64,000 bases of DNA from an uncultured delta proteobacterium (GTDB taxonomy: Bacteria; Myxococcota_A; Polyangia; Polyangiales; Polyangiaceae). The notes under the pieces are model-generated. The model had not been told where the DNA came from. It searched no databases and was given only the letters and a program-made list of their open reading frames with translations. Position numbers and translations under genes: made by a program. Of this stretch, positions 1-12,487 are shown piece after piece (position 1 is the first letter of the stretch; every line of letters begins with the position of its first letter). The stretch lies in contig CAVQUB010000005.1 in NCBI GenBank assembly GCA_963716725.1, positions 128,001 through 192,000 of the forward strand, written 5' to 3'.

Positions 1-590
1 TCGGAACCTTGGGACCGGACTTCGTCCAGAATGGCTGCAGCTGGACGCCCACCGTGGCCGAGCGCGAGGACTTCGCGCTCTCCTGCGTGTCTCAGCCGAC
101 GGCGCGGAAGTTCTGCCAGTTCATGGGCGGCGATCTGCCGAGCGAGGCTCAGTGGGAGTACATGGCGACCTCGGCGGGTCGGTCGCAGCGCATGCCGTTC
201 CCCTGGGGCGACACGCCACCAACCTGCGACGCGGCGGTGTACGGGCGGCTCTCGTTGAGCGGTCTTCCGGGCGTTTGCCAGGACTTCGGCAGTGGCCCAC
301 TGCCGCTCTGGGCAGGGCCCGGGGATGCGTCTCCGTTGGGCATCGCCGGCCTGGGCGGTGGCGTCAGCGAGTGGCTGCGCGACGCCTATGCCGATTATGG
401 AGCGCCGTGCTGGAGGCATGCTCCGCTGGTGGACCCTCAGTGCCAGGAGGCAGTCGCCGAGCGCTCGGTGCGCGGGGGCAGTTGGGCTGCGCCGCCCACG
501 ATCCTGCGTAGCGCTGGGCGGATGGGCGTGGACGGCAGTGGCGAAGCCTCATTCATCGGTTTTCGCTGCGCATATCCGGGGACGTCGTGA
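1..590 (+). CDS. FGE-sulfatase (SUMF1) domain protein, probably 5'-truncated by the window edge
   Basis: Motifs LPSEAQWEY, FPWG, GGVSEW, RSVRGGSW and IGFRCA; stop overlaps the next start. Confidence 0.85.
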   Translation, partial: GTLGPDFVQNGCSWTPTVAEREDFALSCVSQPTARKFCQFMGGDLPSEAQWEYMATSAGRSQRMPFPWGDTPPTCDAAVYGRLSLSGLPGVCQDFGSGPLPLWAGPGDASPLGIAGLGGGVSEWLRDAYADYGAPCWRHAPLVDPQCQEAVAERSVRGGSWAAPPTILRSAGRMGVDGSGEASFIGFRCAYPGTS

Positions 591-1939
591 GGTGGGTGGC
601 GGCGCTCGGCTGCGCTGCTCTCCTGATCGGATGCGGATCCGAAGCTCCGCCGCCGGAGGGGCAAGTCGTGGTCTACGTGACGACGGATGCGCCGCTCCCA
701 GCCGCGCCCGGCGACCCTCCGGGCGACGTTCCGGCGTTGTTCGATCGCCTCGATCTGGCGGTATTCGAGCCCGGCGCCAGCGAGCCCTGCGGCGGCTGCA
801 AGAGGAGGCTGGCGGTCGACCGCGACGGGGTCGATTCGGGTGCCGTGAGCTTCGGACTGGTCGCTGCGCCGGGACAAGGAGGCTTCCGAGTGCGAGCACG
901 CCTGTACCGCAGCGCGATGACCATCGCGGGATCGCCTCGCCCTGCGTCCACCATCGAGCTGGTCGCGGCGCTACCGGCGGTGAAGCAAGACGCCGTGACG
1001 AGCGTGACGTTGGTTCTCCACACCGACGACGTGGGCCGGCCCGTCGGTGATCTCGAGCAACCGGTAGAGCCGCTGCCCGGCCGGTCACCGCGTGGCTTGG
1101 TTGGCAGCTATCCGGGTGCGGTTCGCGTCCCATGCCCGACGGCACCCCCGGCGAACATGGCCTGTGTACCAGGCGGAGCGTTTTGGATGGGAGATCCCAC
1201 GTTGGATACCACCGACAGCAACGAGTACGACGGGCGCCTCGAGCGTCTGGTGGTGCTTTCGCCGTTCTTCGTCGACAGGACCGAGGTCACGGTGTCCAAG
1301 TTCCGCGCGTCGGGCCTGGCCATCTCGCTCATTGCCGGTAGTCCGAGCGACAACCCCCACGTGCCTGACGCGAGCTTCCCCTACTGCCGCTACACCGACG
1401 AGCCTGGTGAGTTCGAATCCCACGCCGTCAATTGCATCAGCTGGCATCTCGCCGCGAAGTACTGCGAGTCCCTGGGCCGCACCTTGGCCACGGAGGCCCA
1501 GCTCGAGTACCTCATGAGTCGGCTCGGGCGCGGGCCGTACGCATGGGGCACGGACTCGCCCGCCTGCGAGGACGCGGTCTTCGGTCGTGAGGTGGGCGGA
1601 TCCTGCGAGGCACTGGGCGAGGGGCCGGTCGAGGTCGGGAGCGGATTTCGGGATCGACTCGCGCTCGACGGCGTGCAGGTCGTCGACCTCACGGGCGGTG
1701 TCACCGAATGGGCAGCCGACGCGTGGAATCGTGAATCCGAGGGCTGCTGGGGAACCGGAGTTTTCGTCAATCCTCGCTGCGATACGCCGAGCGGCCTGGA
1801 CGCTCCGGCACGAGTGATGCGTGGCGGCGGATGGTATTCCTCGGCCTCGCTACTGCGGGCTGCGCTGCGCGCGCGCACCGCCAACGAGACCCAGGCCGTG
1901 TCCGCCGCCATTGGCCTGCGTTGCGTGAGCACGCCATGA
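587..1939 (+). CDS. Lipoprotein with C-terminal FGE-sulfatase domain
   Basis: Lipobox LIGC; VPGGAFWMG, FFVDRTEVT, LATEAQLEY, RGGGW, GLRC. Confidence 0.85.
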   Translation: MRWVAALGCAALLIGCGSEAPPPEGQVVVYVTTDAPLPAAPGDPPGDVPALFDRLDLAVFEPGASEPCGGCKRRLAVDRDGVDSGAVSFGLVAAPGQGGFRVRARLYRSAMTIAGSPRPASTIELVAALPAVKQDAVTSVTLVLHTDDVGRPVGDLEQPVEPLPGRSPRGLVGSYPGAVRVPCPTAPPANMACVPGGAFWMGDPTLDTTDSNEYDGRLERLVVLSPFFVDRTEVTVSKFRASGLAISLIAGSPSDNPHVPDASFPYCRYTDEPGEFESHAVNCISWHLAAKYCESLGRTLATEAQLEYLMSRLGRGPYAWGTDSPACEDAVFGREVGGSCEALGEGPVEVGSGFRDRLALDGVQVVDLTGGVTEWAADAWNRESEGCWGTGVFVNPRCDTPSGLDAPARVMRGGGWYSSASLLRAALRARTANETQAVSAAIGLRCVSTP

Positions 1940-2970
1940 GCGAGTGTCTGGACGACGAGCTGCTTCTTGGCTTCGTCGAGCGGCGCCTGGACCTCGAGAC
2001 GACCGCCCGCGTCGAAGATCACATCGACGCCTGCGCCGCGTGCCGGCGTCTGCTGGCCATGTTGGCACCCACTGAAGCGCCGAGCTCCGGTTCGGAGCAC
2101 GCGTCCGAAGGGGAGGACTCCGCCGTGGAGGGCTATGCGATGGAAGAAGTGATCGGAGAGGGGGCCATGGGTCGGGTCTTCGCGGCGCGAGATCGCCAAA
2201 CCGGTGAGCGCGTCGCGGTGAAGGTCATGCGCGCCGATGCGAGGGAATTGGTCGAGCGTTTCGCTCGGGAGGCCGCCTTCATGGCGCAGGTCTCGCACCC
2301 CAACGTGGTCGGTATCCGGCGGGTGGTCGAGGTCGGTACGGGCGGCACCTTGGCCCTGGTGATGGATCTGCTCGAAGGCCGCACCCTCGAGGACCAACTG
2401 CAAGCAGCCCCGGCGCTCTCCGTGGCCGAGGCGGGCCGGATCGGGATCTGTCTGGGCAGAGCAGCGGGAGCCGCGCACGCGCATGGCATCATCCATCGAG
2501 ACATCAAGCCTGCGAACGTGTTTCTCGAGACCGCGTCTGACGGTCCTGCCCGCGTCCGCTTGCTCGACTTCGGGTTGGCCAAGCTGTTCCGCGTTCACCC
2601 GACGGCGTCCACCCTCGGCCGATTGACGGCGAGCGGTGCGGTGCTCGGAACGCCCGCCTACATGGCGCCCGAGCAGGTGCGCGGCGACAGCGATATCGAT
2701 CCGCGTGCGGACGTGTGGGCGGTGGCGGCAGTGATCTATCGGCTGCTCGCCGGTCGGGCGCCGGTCGTCGGTCGCGGCTTCGCGGACATATTCCGTCGCG
2801 TGGGCGAGCCGATCGCGCCCGTGGAGAGCCTGCGCCCGGAGACGCCGCCGGCGATTTGCCGCGTGATCGGCCGCGCCCTCGCGGTCGACCGGGACGCACG
2901 CCCCGCCGATGGCAACGCGCTGGCCAGCGAGCTGTCAGCTGTTCCAGCCACGACGTCAATCGGCAAGTAG
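1936..2970 (+). CDS. Ser/Thr protein kinase with N-terminal zf-HC2-like zinc finger
   Basis: ATGA overlap with previous gene; HIDACAAC; GEGAMG, VAVK, HRDIKPAN, DFG, GTPAYMAPE. Confidence 0.9.
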   Translation: MSECLDDELLLGFVERRLDLETTARVEDHIDACAACRRLLAMLAPTEAPSSGSEHASEGEDSAVEGYAMEEVIGEGAMGRVFAARDRQTGERVAVKVMRADARELVERFAREAAFMAQVSHPNVVGIRRVVEVGTGGTLALVMDLLEGRTLEDQLQAAPALSVAEAGRIGICLGRAAGAAHAHGIIHRDIKPANVFLETASDGPARVRLLDFGLAKLFRVHPTASTLGRLTASGAVLGTPAYMAPEQVRGDSDIDPRADVWAVAAVIYRLLAGRAPVVGRGFADIFRRVGEPIAPVESLRPETPPAICRVIGRALAVDRDARPADGNALASELSAVPATTSIGK

Positions 2971-3190
2971 TCGATCGACACGCCGTCGACCGATTCGGGA
3001 AGCTCGACCCGAGGCGCTTGCGAGCCGTCCGCACAGGTGTCCCAGGCCTCCGGCGCGAGCAAGAGGTCGACGTCGACCGTAGCTCGTGGCCAGCCATGCA
3101 CGCCCACGGCGAGCGCCCCGATGGTGGCGTGGCGAATCCCGGCGGCGCTCAAACGCCGCGGCGCCTCGCGGAGCGCCGCGATGACCCTGG
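2930..3190 (-). pseudogene. Fragment of a nucleotidyltransferase (toxin-like)
   Basis: IGALAVGVHGWPRATVDVDLL motif; no good start; runs into the kinase 3' end. Confidence 0.55.
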
Positions 3191-3520
3191 GGTGATCACC
3201 CGCCGGCCACCGTCGCGTGAAACACCTGGCCGTGGTGCACGATAGCGTTGAAGGCGACCTTGCCGGACTCGCCGTGGTGGGTCGTTCCGCAGCCTGGTGG
3301 CTGTGCGGTGCTGGCGGCGCTCGCTTGAATCCGCGCGAGCAGGGCCATCACCACTTTGGCCGGATCGCTCTTGCTCGACGTTTTCGGACCGAACTGGCGC
3401 TTACGCCAAACTGATCCGCAACCATCAGCGACGATGGCACTGTCTCGAGCGCCGCGAGAATCCTCTGGCGCAAATCAAGTGATAGGGCTCGCGTGCCCCA
3501 CTCGTATTAGGTGTTCCCGA

Positions 3521-4880
<1,360 letters not shown>

Positions 4881-5106
4881 CACCGGAAATCACGCGCGGC
4901 TGAACGTGCCCTGTTCCGCGAGCATCGTTTCAGTCGGCGATCAGTGACTCTGGTTGTCTTCCGGCGTGATGCCGATCCTGGCCGTCGGGTTTGCCCCCGC
5001 GGGGGCCCTCTTGCTCGATGCGCCGACGAGGGGGTTGGTGGTGTTGCCGCTGCTGCCGCTCGGGCTCGATGTTCAGCAAGGGGCACCGCACGAAATCCTG
5101 CCCGCT

Positions 5107-8100
5107 TCAATCGGCGGCCATCGCTCGAAGCTCCTCGAGCCACGGCACCTTGGCGTCGAGCGACGACCACGCCTCGATGAGCGGCTTGGCGAGCGCCTTC
5201 GCCTTGGCCTTGTCACCTCGCTTCCAAGCTCGTCGGGCTTGCCGGAGGTCCTCCATCCCATGGCCCCGGACGTCCCGATTGACCCCGAGCGCGATGTTGC
5301 CCTGGTCGAGCTTCTGGGCGATCTCCGGCTCGCCAGCGGCCTCGAAGAGGTCGACCGGCAAGAGGGTGGCCATGGCTGTGTCCTGGAGGAGGGGTCGCCA
5401 CTGGCGCACGGCACCCTTGTGGTCTCCACTCGTCGCGAGGCTCGCGCCTCGCAGGTGCGTTTTGACCTCGGGAGTGAGCAGGGTGCTATCGAGATAGCGC
5501 TCCGCGAGTGCCTTCACGCACGCTCGCCCGTCGGACCGAGACGCCGCGAGGCAGACTTTGGTCCAGGCGGCCAATCCAATCGGCGGCGCGTCCGGTAGCG
5601 GGCCTTTCGAGACGCGAGAGGCCCACGTGTTTGCCACCTCGACCCCCCTCCCGATGACCGCAGCGATATTGACGGCTCTCAATGGGATGCGCCCGGCCCC
5701 CTCATTGCGTTCGAGCCTGTCGTCGAGCTTGTTCATGAACCGCATGGCAGCGTCTGTTGCTCTTGCCGGGAATCCGTCTGCACCGTCTGCGGCGATGAGG
5801 AGATAGGCGGATGCGTCGCGCGCCGCCTCGTCGCCCCCTGCGGCGAACACGGCGAGCGCGCGAGCCTCGGGAATGTGATCGAGCATGATCAATCGCCTCG
5901 CGAACTCGAGCATCCGGTCTTGGACCAACGGTGCGATCTCGTGCGCTCGGCGGGACCAGCGAAGGCTCAGTTCGACGTCCGACTCGCCCCAGTTTGCAGC
6001 AAACCACTCTCCGGCGTCGAAAGGGGCCCAGGCGTGCCCACTACGTCGCACGCTGTGGCGAGTGCGTTCAGTCGGAACGAAGCCGGAGGCAGAGAAGCCC
6101 AGCTGCCAGGCCGCCTCCCATGGGTGTTCACGCGCCGAGCGCGCGTAGAGGGGGAAGGCATCGGAAGGAACTCCGGTGTCCACCATGAGAAGCGTGGCTT
6201 CCGAGACGCGGAGGGCGACCTTCGCCTCCGGAAGGTCCTCATGTTCGGCTGCTGTGCGAAGCTCTCGCCCAAGCCCAGCTGCATCCTCGAGTTTCGCGCC
6301 CAACAAGAGGTGCGTCCCCGTGGAATAGGCTAGGCTCATTGGAGAGTTCCGCACCAACGCGAGATCTTTCGGAGCGGCGGCCCGGCCGATCGAAGCGCGA
6401 CAAAATGTCGTCACGTTCTCGCGCATCGTCGGATCCCACTCATCGTTCGCGAGAACGCGACGACAGCGCGGCGCATTCGCGAAGTCTTGGTTGATAGTAA
6501 ACGTGTCCAGATCCCAGCCAAGGTCTGGACTCGCAATCAACAAGGCGCGCCGGACCTCCGAGGTCGTCTTGGTGGCGACGGGGAATGCGCCCGCTTCCCC
6601 AAGGGTGTTCGATGCAACCCTTACGGCGTCGGCCAGATCTGGAGCGATTCCCACGCCTCGTCCCGCCTCCCTGCCGTCGGGTGCGAGGAGACGCAACTCG
6701 ACAGTGAAGTCCCTTCCGCTCGCCCTCACGCTTCCATCGAGCGTGGCTTGGGTGCGCTCCGCAGCAGCGGCCAGGCTCTTTGCGCGGAGCTCGGGCGGGG
6801 CATAAGGATCGTCCGGCACGTCCTCGGAGTAGCCGGGCGGAAAATCGAGCAGAGAGGCGGCGGAGACCACCCGCCGGCTGTCGCCCCCGAGGAGCCATTG
6901 CATGCGTCGGCAGGCGAGGCCCGACGTAGCTGCGCCGAGCCAGCCCACTGGTGCCGTAACGCCGCTCGCTTCGAATACTGCGCAACCGAGCTTGGACTGG
7001 GGGTCGGCGAGCATCTGGCCGACTGGCAAGCCTGCTGAGGCCGACGAAGATGGCGCAGCCACAGGTAGCGAAGGCGCGTGCGCTACCTTCCACACGCCCA
7101 TGCCCGCGACTCCGAGCGCCGCGATCAAGGCCCCCGCAATCCAGCGAGCACGTCCAGCTTGGGTCGAGGGTGCTCCCACTTCGGTCGCGCTGCGCGCCTC
7201 GATCATCCAACGATCAGGTCCGGTTTGGGTCGAGGGTGCTCCTCTTTCGGTCGCGCTGTGCGCGTCGATCTGGGGAGCAGGCACCAGCGCGGTGTCCGCC
7301 AGCCCGAGCGCCTCAGCGGCCTCTGGCTCCGAGCGCCGCTGTGCGCTCTCCCGCTGCGGGCGCCTCGCGACGGGGGTTCGCTTCGCCGCATGCAAGGCGA
7401 GCACATCGACGACGTCGCTCATGGTCGCGTGGCGCTGGTCGACCTCGGGCTCGAGCATTCGATCGATCAAGACGGCAACGTCCGGAGGAAGCTCGGGAGC
7501 CAGCTCCGCGACCGGGCGAACGTGACCCGAGCAGCACCATGACCACTTGCGCGAAGCTCTTGCCGCGCGTGGGCAATTCGCCGGTCACCATTTCGTACAG
7601 CATGAGTCCGAGAGACCACACGTCGGTGCGTGCATCCACCGGTCGCTCTGCGAGCGCCTGCTCCGGTGACATGTACATCGGCGTTCCCATCAGCGAGCCC
7701 GCGGCAGTCTCCGTGGACTGGTTCGGGAGCCCGCTTCCGACCTGCTTCACGATGCCGAAATCGAGCAACTTCACGTCTCCGTCCTTCGTCACGAAGGCGT
7801 TCGCTGGCTTGAGGTCGCGATGAACGATGCCGAGACCGTGTGCAATCTCGAGCGCCTCCGCGATGGGGAGTGTGAGCGCGGCCGCTGCCCCGACGTCGAG
7901 CTTGCCCTCGCGCGCAAGTCGGGCCTCGATGGACTCACCGACGAGAAGATCCATGACCAACACAGGCTCGCCGTCGTCACCCTCGATGACATCGTGCACG
8001 GGGACGACGGCTGGGTGATCGATGGCGCATGCAGCTCGCGCCTCCTTGATGACGCGACGACGCGCATCCTCGCTCAGTCCGCTCTTCAGAAACTTCAGCG

Positions 8101-8224
8101 CGACTTGGCGCTTCGTGAGCACATGCTCGCCGACCCACACCTGCCCCATGCCGCCCTCTGCGAGCATCCGGACCAAGCGGTACCGAGCGCCGATCGTCTC
8201 TCCTTCTTTCACCACGAAGGGCAT
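5107..8224 (-). CDS. Membrane-anchored Ser/Thr kinase with long helical C-terminal region; one apparent frameshift at ~7527
   Basis: Kinase motifs in ORF 7313..8305 (EGGMG, HRDLKPAN, DFG, GTPMYMSPE) continue in another frame (RPVAELAPELPPDVAVLIDRMLEP) into ORF 5107..7470, which has a TM segment. Confidence 0.8.
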
Positions 8225-8320
8225 TTGCGAGAAGCCTCGCAGAGTTGGACTTCGAAGTCTCGCGGAGGCCCGAATTCCGGCCGTGGCGGAGCCGAAACGT
8301 CCCACAATGTCTGATCTGTC

Positions 8321-8530
8321 GGCTTCGCGTAGCCGTTCTTCTTGAAGCAGCGCAGCGCGCGTTCCCCCCCAGTCCTGTCCGTTCAGCGCATGTCGCGGAT
8401 CCGGACGTTGTCACACGTGCGATCCGCGGAAGGGGGGTGGTGCGTTGGCGTCGTTCGACGCCAGCAGCATCGCGGTGAACGCGAACGCCAACGTTCGCAC
8501 CGTCTGCCCATGTCGCATCGTCCACCTCCC
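8321..8530 (-). pseudogene. Internally deleted remnant of a paralog of the M4 peptidase gene at 18353-20609
   Basis: ~8321-8395 aligns with ~19432-19504 and ~8400-8530 aligns with ~20489-20621, including the RBS and signal peptide. Confidence 0.85.
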
Positions 8531-8564
8531 GCGTGCCCGACGCCGTCTCGATCCGCGCCCCACC

Positions 8565-8580
8565 CTACGACGTATAGCTA
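8565..8580 (-). repeat. Displaced Fe-S gene 3' end, copy D, distal part (split by IS630)
   Basis: ctacgacgtatagcta is identical to 20708-20723; continues at 13339. Confidence 0.9.
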
Positions 8581-8609
8581 GTACCTCGACGCAGAGGAGT
8601 TGACCGTTT

Positions 8610-9405
8610 TCATGCGGCGGTTCGAACGGCGCGCGGCCGTACGACCGAAGGGTGGGCTCGCCCGAGCTTCTCCCGGGCTCGCTCCAGCGTGAAAAGCCAC
8701 CTGATCCGTGCCTTCTCGCGATTGCGGCGCCGCTCCCACGCCTTGACCTCGGAGACCAGCATCGCTTTGGTCGGGATGCGCCGGTCCAGGCACTGCGACA
8801 CCATGACCCCGATCTCGATCTCGACCATGTTCAGCCAGCTCGCGTGCTTCGGCGTGTAGTGGAACTCAAGTCGACGGAGGATGCGACGCGCCTCGGCGGG
8901 CTCGAGGCTCTCATACAGTGCGGCGTGTGTGTGTGTCGACAGGTTGTCTATCACCACGCGGATCTGGTCCGCCTTCGGATAGTGGTCGTCGACGAGATCG
9001 CGCATGCACTCGGCGAAGTCGCGCGCGGCTCGACGATCGGTGACCTTCGCGCGACGCCACGAACGGTGTGCGTCGACGAACATGAAAACGTTCGCGGTGC
9101 CGTTGCGTACATATTCGTAGTCGAAGCGCGCTGGCCTGCCCGGCTTCGGGGCGACCGGCACACGAGACTCGCCGATGAGTTGTCGCGGCGTCTCGTCGAA
9201 GCAGACCACCGGGCGACTCTCGTCGGGCGCCTCGGCGTAGAGCTCGAGCACGTCTTCCATCCGTGCGACGAATTCGGCGTCGACTTTCGGAATGCACCAC
9301 ATCTTCTTCTGCCACGGTTTCAGCTCGTTTTCCGCGAGTCGGCGGCGGATCGTCTCCGACGAGAGCGACCTGTGCTTGGTCAGGCGCACCATCGCGCCGG
9401 CCAGC
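8610..9405 (-). pseudogene. IS630 transposase, C-terminal DDE part
   Basis: LKPWQKKMWCIP, VVCFDE, VVIDNLSTH, YTPKHASWLNMVEIE. Confidence 0.92.
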
Positions 9406-9557
9406 TGTAGGCCGTCACCCTCCGTCGTGATCCCCCGCGGTCGTGGTGTCGGTCTGGGCGCTCGTTGTTTCGGGTGAGCCGGGTTCGGACTCCGGAGAGC
9501 TTCGCCGTTCTTTTTTCCTGAGAGGCTGATCCGCGGAAAGCTGATCGCCGGAGAAGG

Positions 9558-10235
9558 TTGGTCCGTCGCGGTAGCACCCGCACGGACCCGGCCAGCGAAG
9601 GATTGGTTGTCCGTTACGAGACGACCCTCACCAGCGAGCGGTACGTTACCGAGCAGGCGTGGCGGGCCGCAAGTTTGGAGCGGTGCCCGCTGCACCCGGA
9701 GGGCGGCTGCGGTCTCGCGGGGCACGGGAGCTACGGTCGGGTCCGCCCCGTCGGCGTCCGCGTCGCCCGGTTCTGGTGCCCGCGGGCTCGGGTGACTATC
9801 AGCCTTTTGCCTGATTTTCTGGCTTCCCGACTGTCGGGCACGCTCGAGGAGGTCGAGCGGGCCGTCGAGGTGGCCGAGGGCGCCAAGAGTCTGGAGGCGG
9901 TCGCCGAGAAGGTGCGCCCCGCGATCGCAGCGGACGCGGTGACGCTTCCAAGCGCGCTGCGGTGGCTCCGGCGGCGGCGTGTTGCTGTCCACGCGGCGCT
10001 CGTGGCGGCAGTGACGCTGGTGCCGGCGCTCACGGGCTGCCCGGCGACGCTTGGCGCGGTGCGGCAACGACTCGGGGTGTCGGATGCGCTCGTGGCGCTG
10101 CGGTCGGCCGCGGCCATTCACCTGGCCGCCATGCCAGCGCCGGTCGGACTGCGGGCGCGAGGGCGAGCGCGGCAAGCATCGCGAGAGCCGACCCCACACG
10201 AAACGGGGCCGGACCCTCCTCGGCGGGACCGATAG
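9558..10235 (+). CDS. Element-associated Cys/His protein (DUF6431-like); start uncertain
   Basis: CPLH..C..HGSYGR...RFWC...SLLPDFL pattern, first gene of the element. Confidence 0.65.
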   Translation: MVRRGSTRTDPASEGLVVRYETTLTSERYVTEQAWRAASLERCPLHPEGGCGLAGHGSYGRVRPVGVRVARFWCPRARVTISLLPDFLASRLSGTLEEVERAVEVAEGAKSLEAVAEKVRPAIAADAVTLPSALRWLRRRRVAVHAALVAAVTLVPALTGCPATLGAVRQRLGVSDALVALRSAAAIHLAAMPAPVGLRARGRARQASREPTPHETGPDPPRRDR

Positions 10236-10286
10236 CGGGTTGGTGTGCCCGGGACGGACCCGGGCCGACACCGAAAGAGAACTCCG

Positions 10287-11690
10287 ATGAGGACACCGAC
10301 CCCCGAAAACGAACGCACGCTCGCTGACGCCGAGCGCAGAAAGCAGATCGCGCTGTTCCGTTATGGCGTGATCGCAGATCTGCTCCACCTCGAGCGCGGT
10401 GCGCGCGGCATGTACGCGAAGCTGCGCGAGAAGGCGGAGAAGGACTGGGAGATCCCCGGAACGCTCCGGCGGAAGGTCCAGGCCGAAACGATCCGCGGAT
10501 GGCTTGCGGACTACCGACGCGGCGGCTTCGACGCCCTTGTCCCGAAGATCCGACGGGACGAGGGCTCGGCTCGCGCCATTCCCCGGGAGATCGCGGATCT
10601 GCTCTGCGAGACGAAAGAGCAGCACGCGGACTTCAGCGTCGGACTCGTCATCGCGCACGTGACGCGCTTCGCGAAGATCCCGGAGGGGGTCACGCTTGCG
10701 CCATCGACGGTGCACCGGATCTTGTCTCGGGCCGGACTCATGCAGAAGAAGCAGGGCGAGCCGACGGCGAAGGACCGCCGACGCTTCGCCTTCGAGAAGG
10801 CGGGCGAACTGTGGATGAGCGACGTGATGCACGGCCCCGCCGTCGCCGTGTCCGGGCGGCAGCGGAAGACGTACCTGCTCGCCGTCATCGACGACGCGAC
10901 ACGGATGGTGCCGTATGCGGCCTTCGCGCTCAGCGAGAACGCCGCGACCCTTCTCAGCGTGCTCGAGCAAGGGATCTGCCGCCGCGGGATCCCCAAGCGG
11001 CTTTACGTCGACAACGGTGCCGCCTTCAAAGCACAGCACCTGGCGCTCGTGTGCGCGAAGCTCGGCATCACCTTGATCCACGCGCGTCCCTACACGCCCC
11101 AGGGAAAAGGAAAGATGGAGCGGTGGTTTCGGACCGTGCGTCTTCAGCTCCTGCCGACGCTCCAGCCCGAGGACAGGCGGAGTCTCGAAGCACTCAACCG
11201 CCGTCTCTGGGCGTGGGTCGAGGGTGAGTATCATCGGAGTCCCCACCGCGGACTCGACGGTGAGACGCCCGCGGATCGCTGGGCGATGCGCTCAGACGAG
11301 GTGCGCCAGTCGTCGAGCGACCTCGCCGATCTGTTTCTCTTCGAGCAGAAGCGCCGTGTGCAGGCCGACCGCACCGTGTCGCTCGACAGCGTGGCCTACG
11401 AAGTGGACGCGATGCTCGTCGGCGAGACCGTCGTCCTTCGCTTCGATCCGGCGCGTCCGCGAGAGACACGTGCCGTCCAGGTCTGGCATCGCGGAAAGCA
11501 GATCCAGATCGCTCGCCGTGTCGACGTCTACGCCAACTGTTTCGTCCGACGCGATCACACGACGAAGGCCCTGCATCCATCTCAGCCCGTGGACGAGCCG
11601 CCCCCCGGCATGCGCTTGAGCGACTTCGACTTCGATGTCGGGGACAACCAGCAGGGCGGCGCTGGCGACGACGAGGGGGACCTCCTCTGA
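10287..11690 (+). CDS. DDE-type (rve, Mu/IS481-like) transposase
   Basis: LWMSDVMHGP, IDDATR, LYVDNG, GKGKMERWF; Mu-like C-terminal domain. Confidence 0.92.
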   Translation: MRTPTPENERTLADAERRKQIALFRYGVIADLLHLERGARGMYAKLREKAEKDWEIPGTLRRKVQAETIRGWLADYRRGGFDALVPKIRRDEGSARAIPREIADLLCETKEQHADFSVGLVIAHVTRFAKIPEGVTLAPSTVHRILSRAGLMQKKQGEPTAKDRRRFAFEKAGELWMSDVMHGPAVAVSGRQRKTYLLAVIDDATRMVPYAAFALSENAATLLSVLEQGICRRGIPKRLYVDNGAAFKAQHLALVCAKLGITLIHARPYTPQGKGKMERWFRTVRLQLLPTLQPEDRRSLEALNRRLWAWVEGEYHRSPHRGLDGETPADRWAMRSDEVRQSSSDLADLFLFEQKRRVQADRTVSLDSVAYEVDAMLVGETVVLRFDPARPRETRAVQVWHRGKQIQIARRVDVYANCFVRRDHTTKALHPSQPVDEPPPGMRLSDFDFDVGDNQQGGAGDDEGDLL

Positions 11691-12487
11691 TGTACCGCAA
11701 GCACTTCGGCCTCACCCGCCACCCCTTCGCCAAAAACATCGAGCCCGACGAGCTCTTCGCCTCCGGTGCGCTCCGAGAACTCGACGCCCGGCTCGCCCAT
11801 CTCCTCGACTTGCGCGGCATCGGTGTGGTCACCGGTGAGAGCGGCAGCGGCAAGACCACCGCGTGTCGGAAGATCGTCGCCGGTCTCCACACGGGTCTGC
11901 ACCGCGTCCTCTACGTGTCGCTCACCACCGGCAACGTGATGGATCTCTACAAGACCATCGCCTGGGAGATCGGCCTACCCACCGAGCGCAACCGCGCCGC
12001 ACTGTTCCGGCAGATCCGGACCGAGGTGACGCGGCTCTGCAGCGAGGCCCGGCAGAAACCGATCCTGATCGTGGACGAAGCTCATCACCTCAGGAGCGAC
12101 GTGCTCGAGGACCTGCGCCTGCTCACCAACTACGCGATGGACTCCGACAACCGCCTCTGCCTGGTCCTCGTCGGACACCCGGAACTGCGCCGCCGCCTCG
12201 GCATGGCGGTGCACGAGGCGCTCTCGCAGCGCGTCGTCGTGCGCGCTCACGTCCCGGGTCTTGCCCGTGACGAGCTCGGCCCGTACCTCACGCACCTGCT
12301 CCGACTCGCCGGAACCGAGCTCGAACTCTTCGAGCCCGCAACCCAGGAGGCGATCTTCCAGGCGTCGAACGGCCTGCCCCGGAAGGTGAACCTGCTCGCT
12401 CACCACGCGCTCATGGCCGCCGCGCTCACCAAGAGCAGGACCGTCACGACCGAGCACATCCAGTCCGCCATGGCCGAAGTCACCTGA
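11690..12487 (+). CDS. ExeA-like AAA ATPase (transposition helper)
   Basis: MYRKHFGLTRHPF; Walker A GESGSGKT; Walker B LIVDEAH. Confidence 0.92.
   Translation: MYRKHFGLTRHPFAKNIEPDELFASGALRELDARLAHLLDLRGIGVVTGESGSGKTTACRKIVAGLHTGLHRVLYVSLTTGNVMDLYKTIAWEIGLPTERNRAALFRQIRTEVTRLCSEARQKPILIVDEAHHLRSDVLEDLRLLTNYAMDSDNRLCLVLVGHPELRRRLGMAVHEALSQRVVVRAHVPGLARDELGPYLTHLLRLAGTELELFEPATQEAIFQASNGLPRKVNLLAHHALMAAALTKSRTVTTEHIQSAMAEVT

Noticed and set aside
1..1939. FGE-domain genes as DGR targets, or the 8321-8530 remnant as a template repeat
   Set aside because: No reverse transcriptase in the window; the remnant's mismatches are not adenine-specific and include indels
4929..4942. Possible displaced tail (GCC GAC TGA) of the 5107 kinase
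   Set aside because: Match of about 10 bp is too short to distinguish from chance
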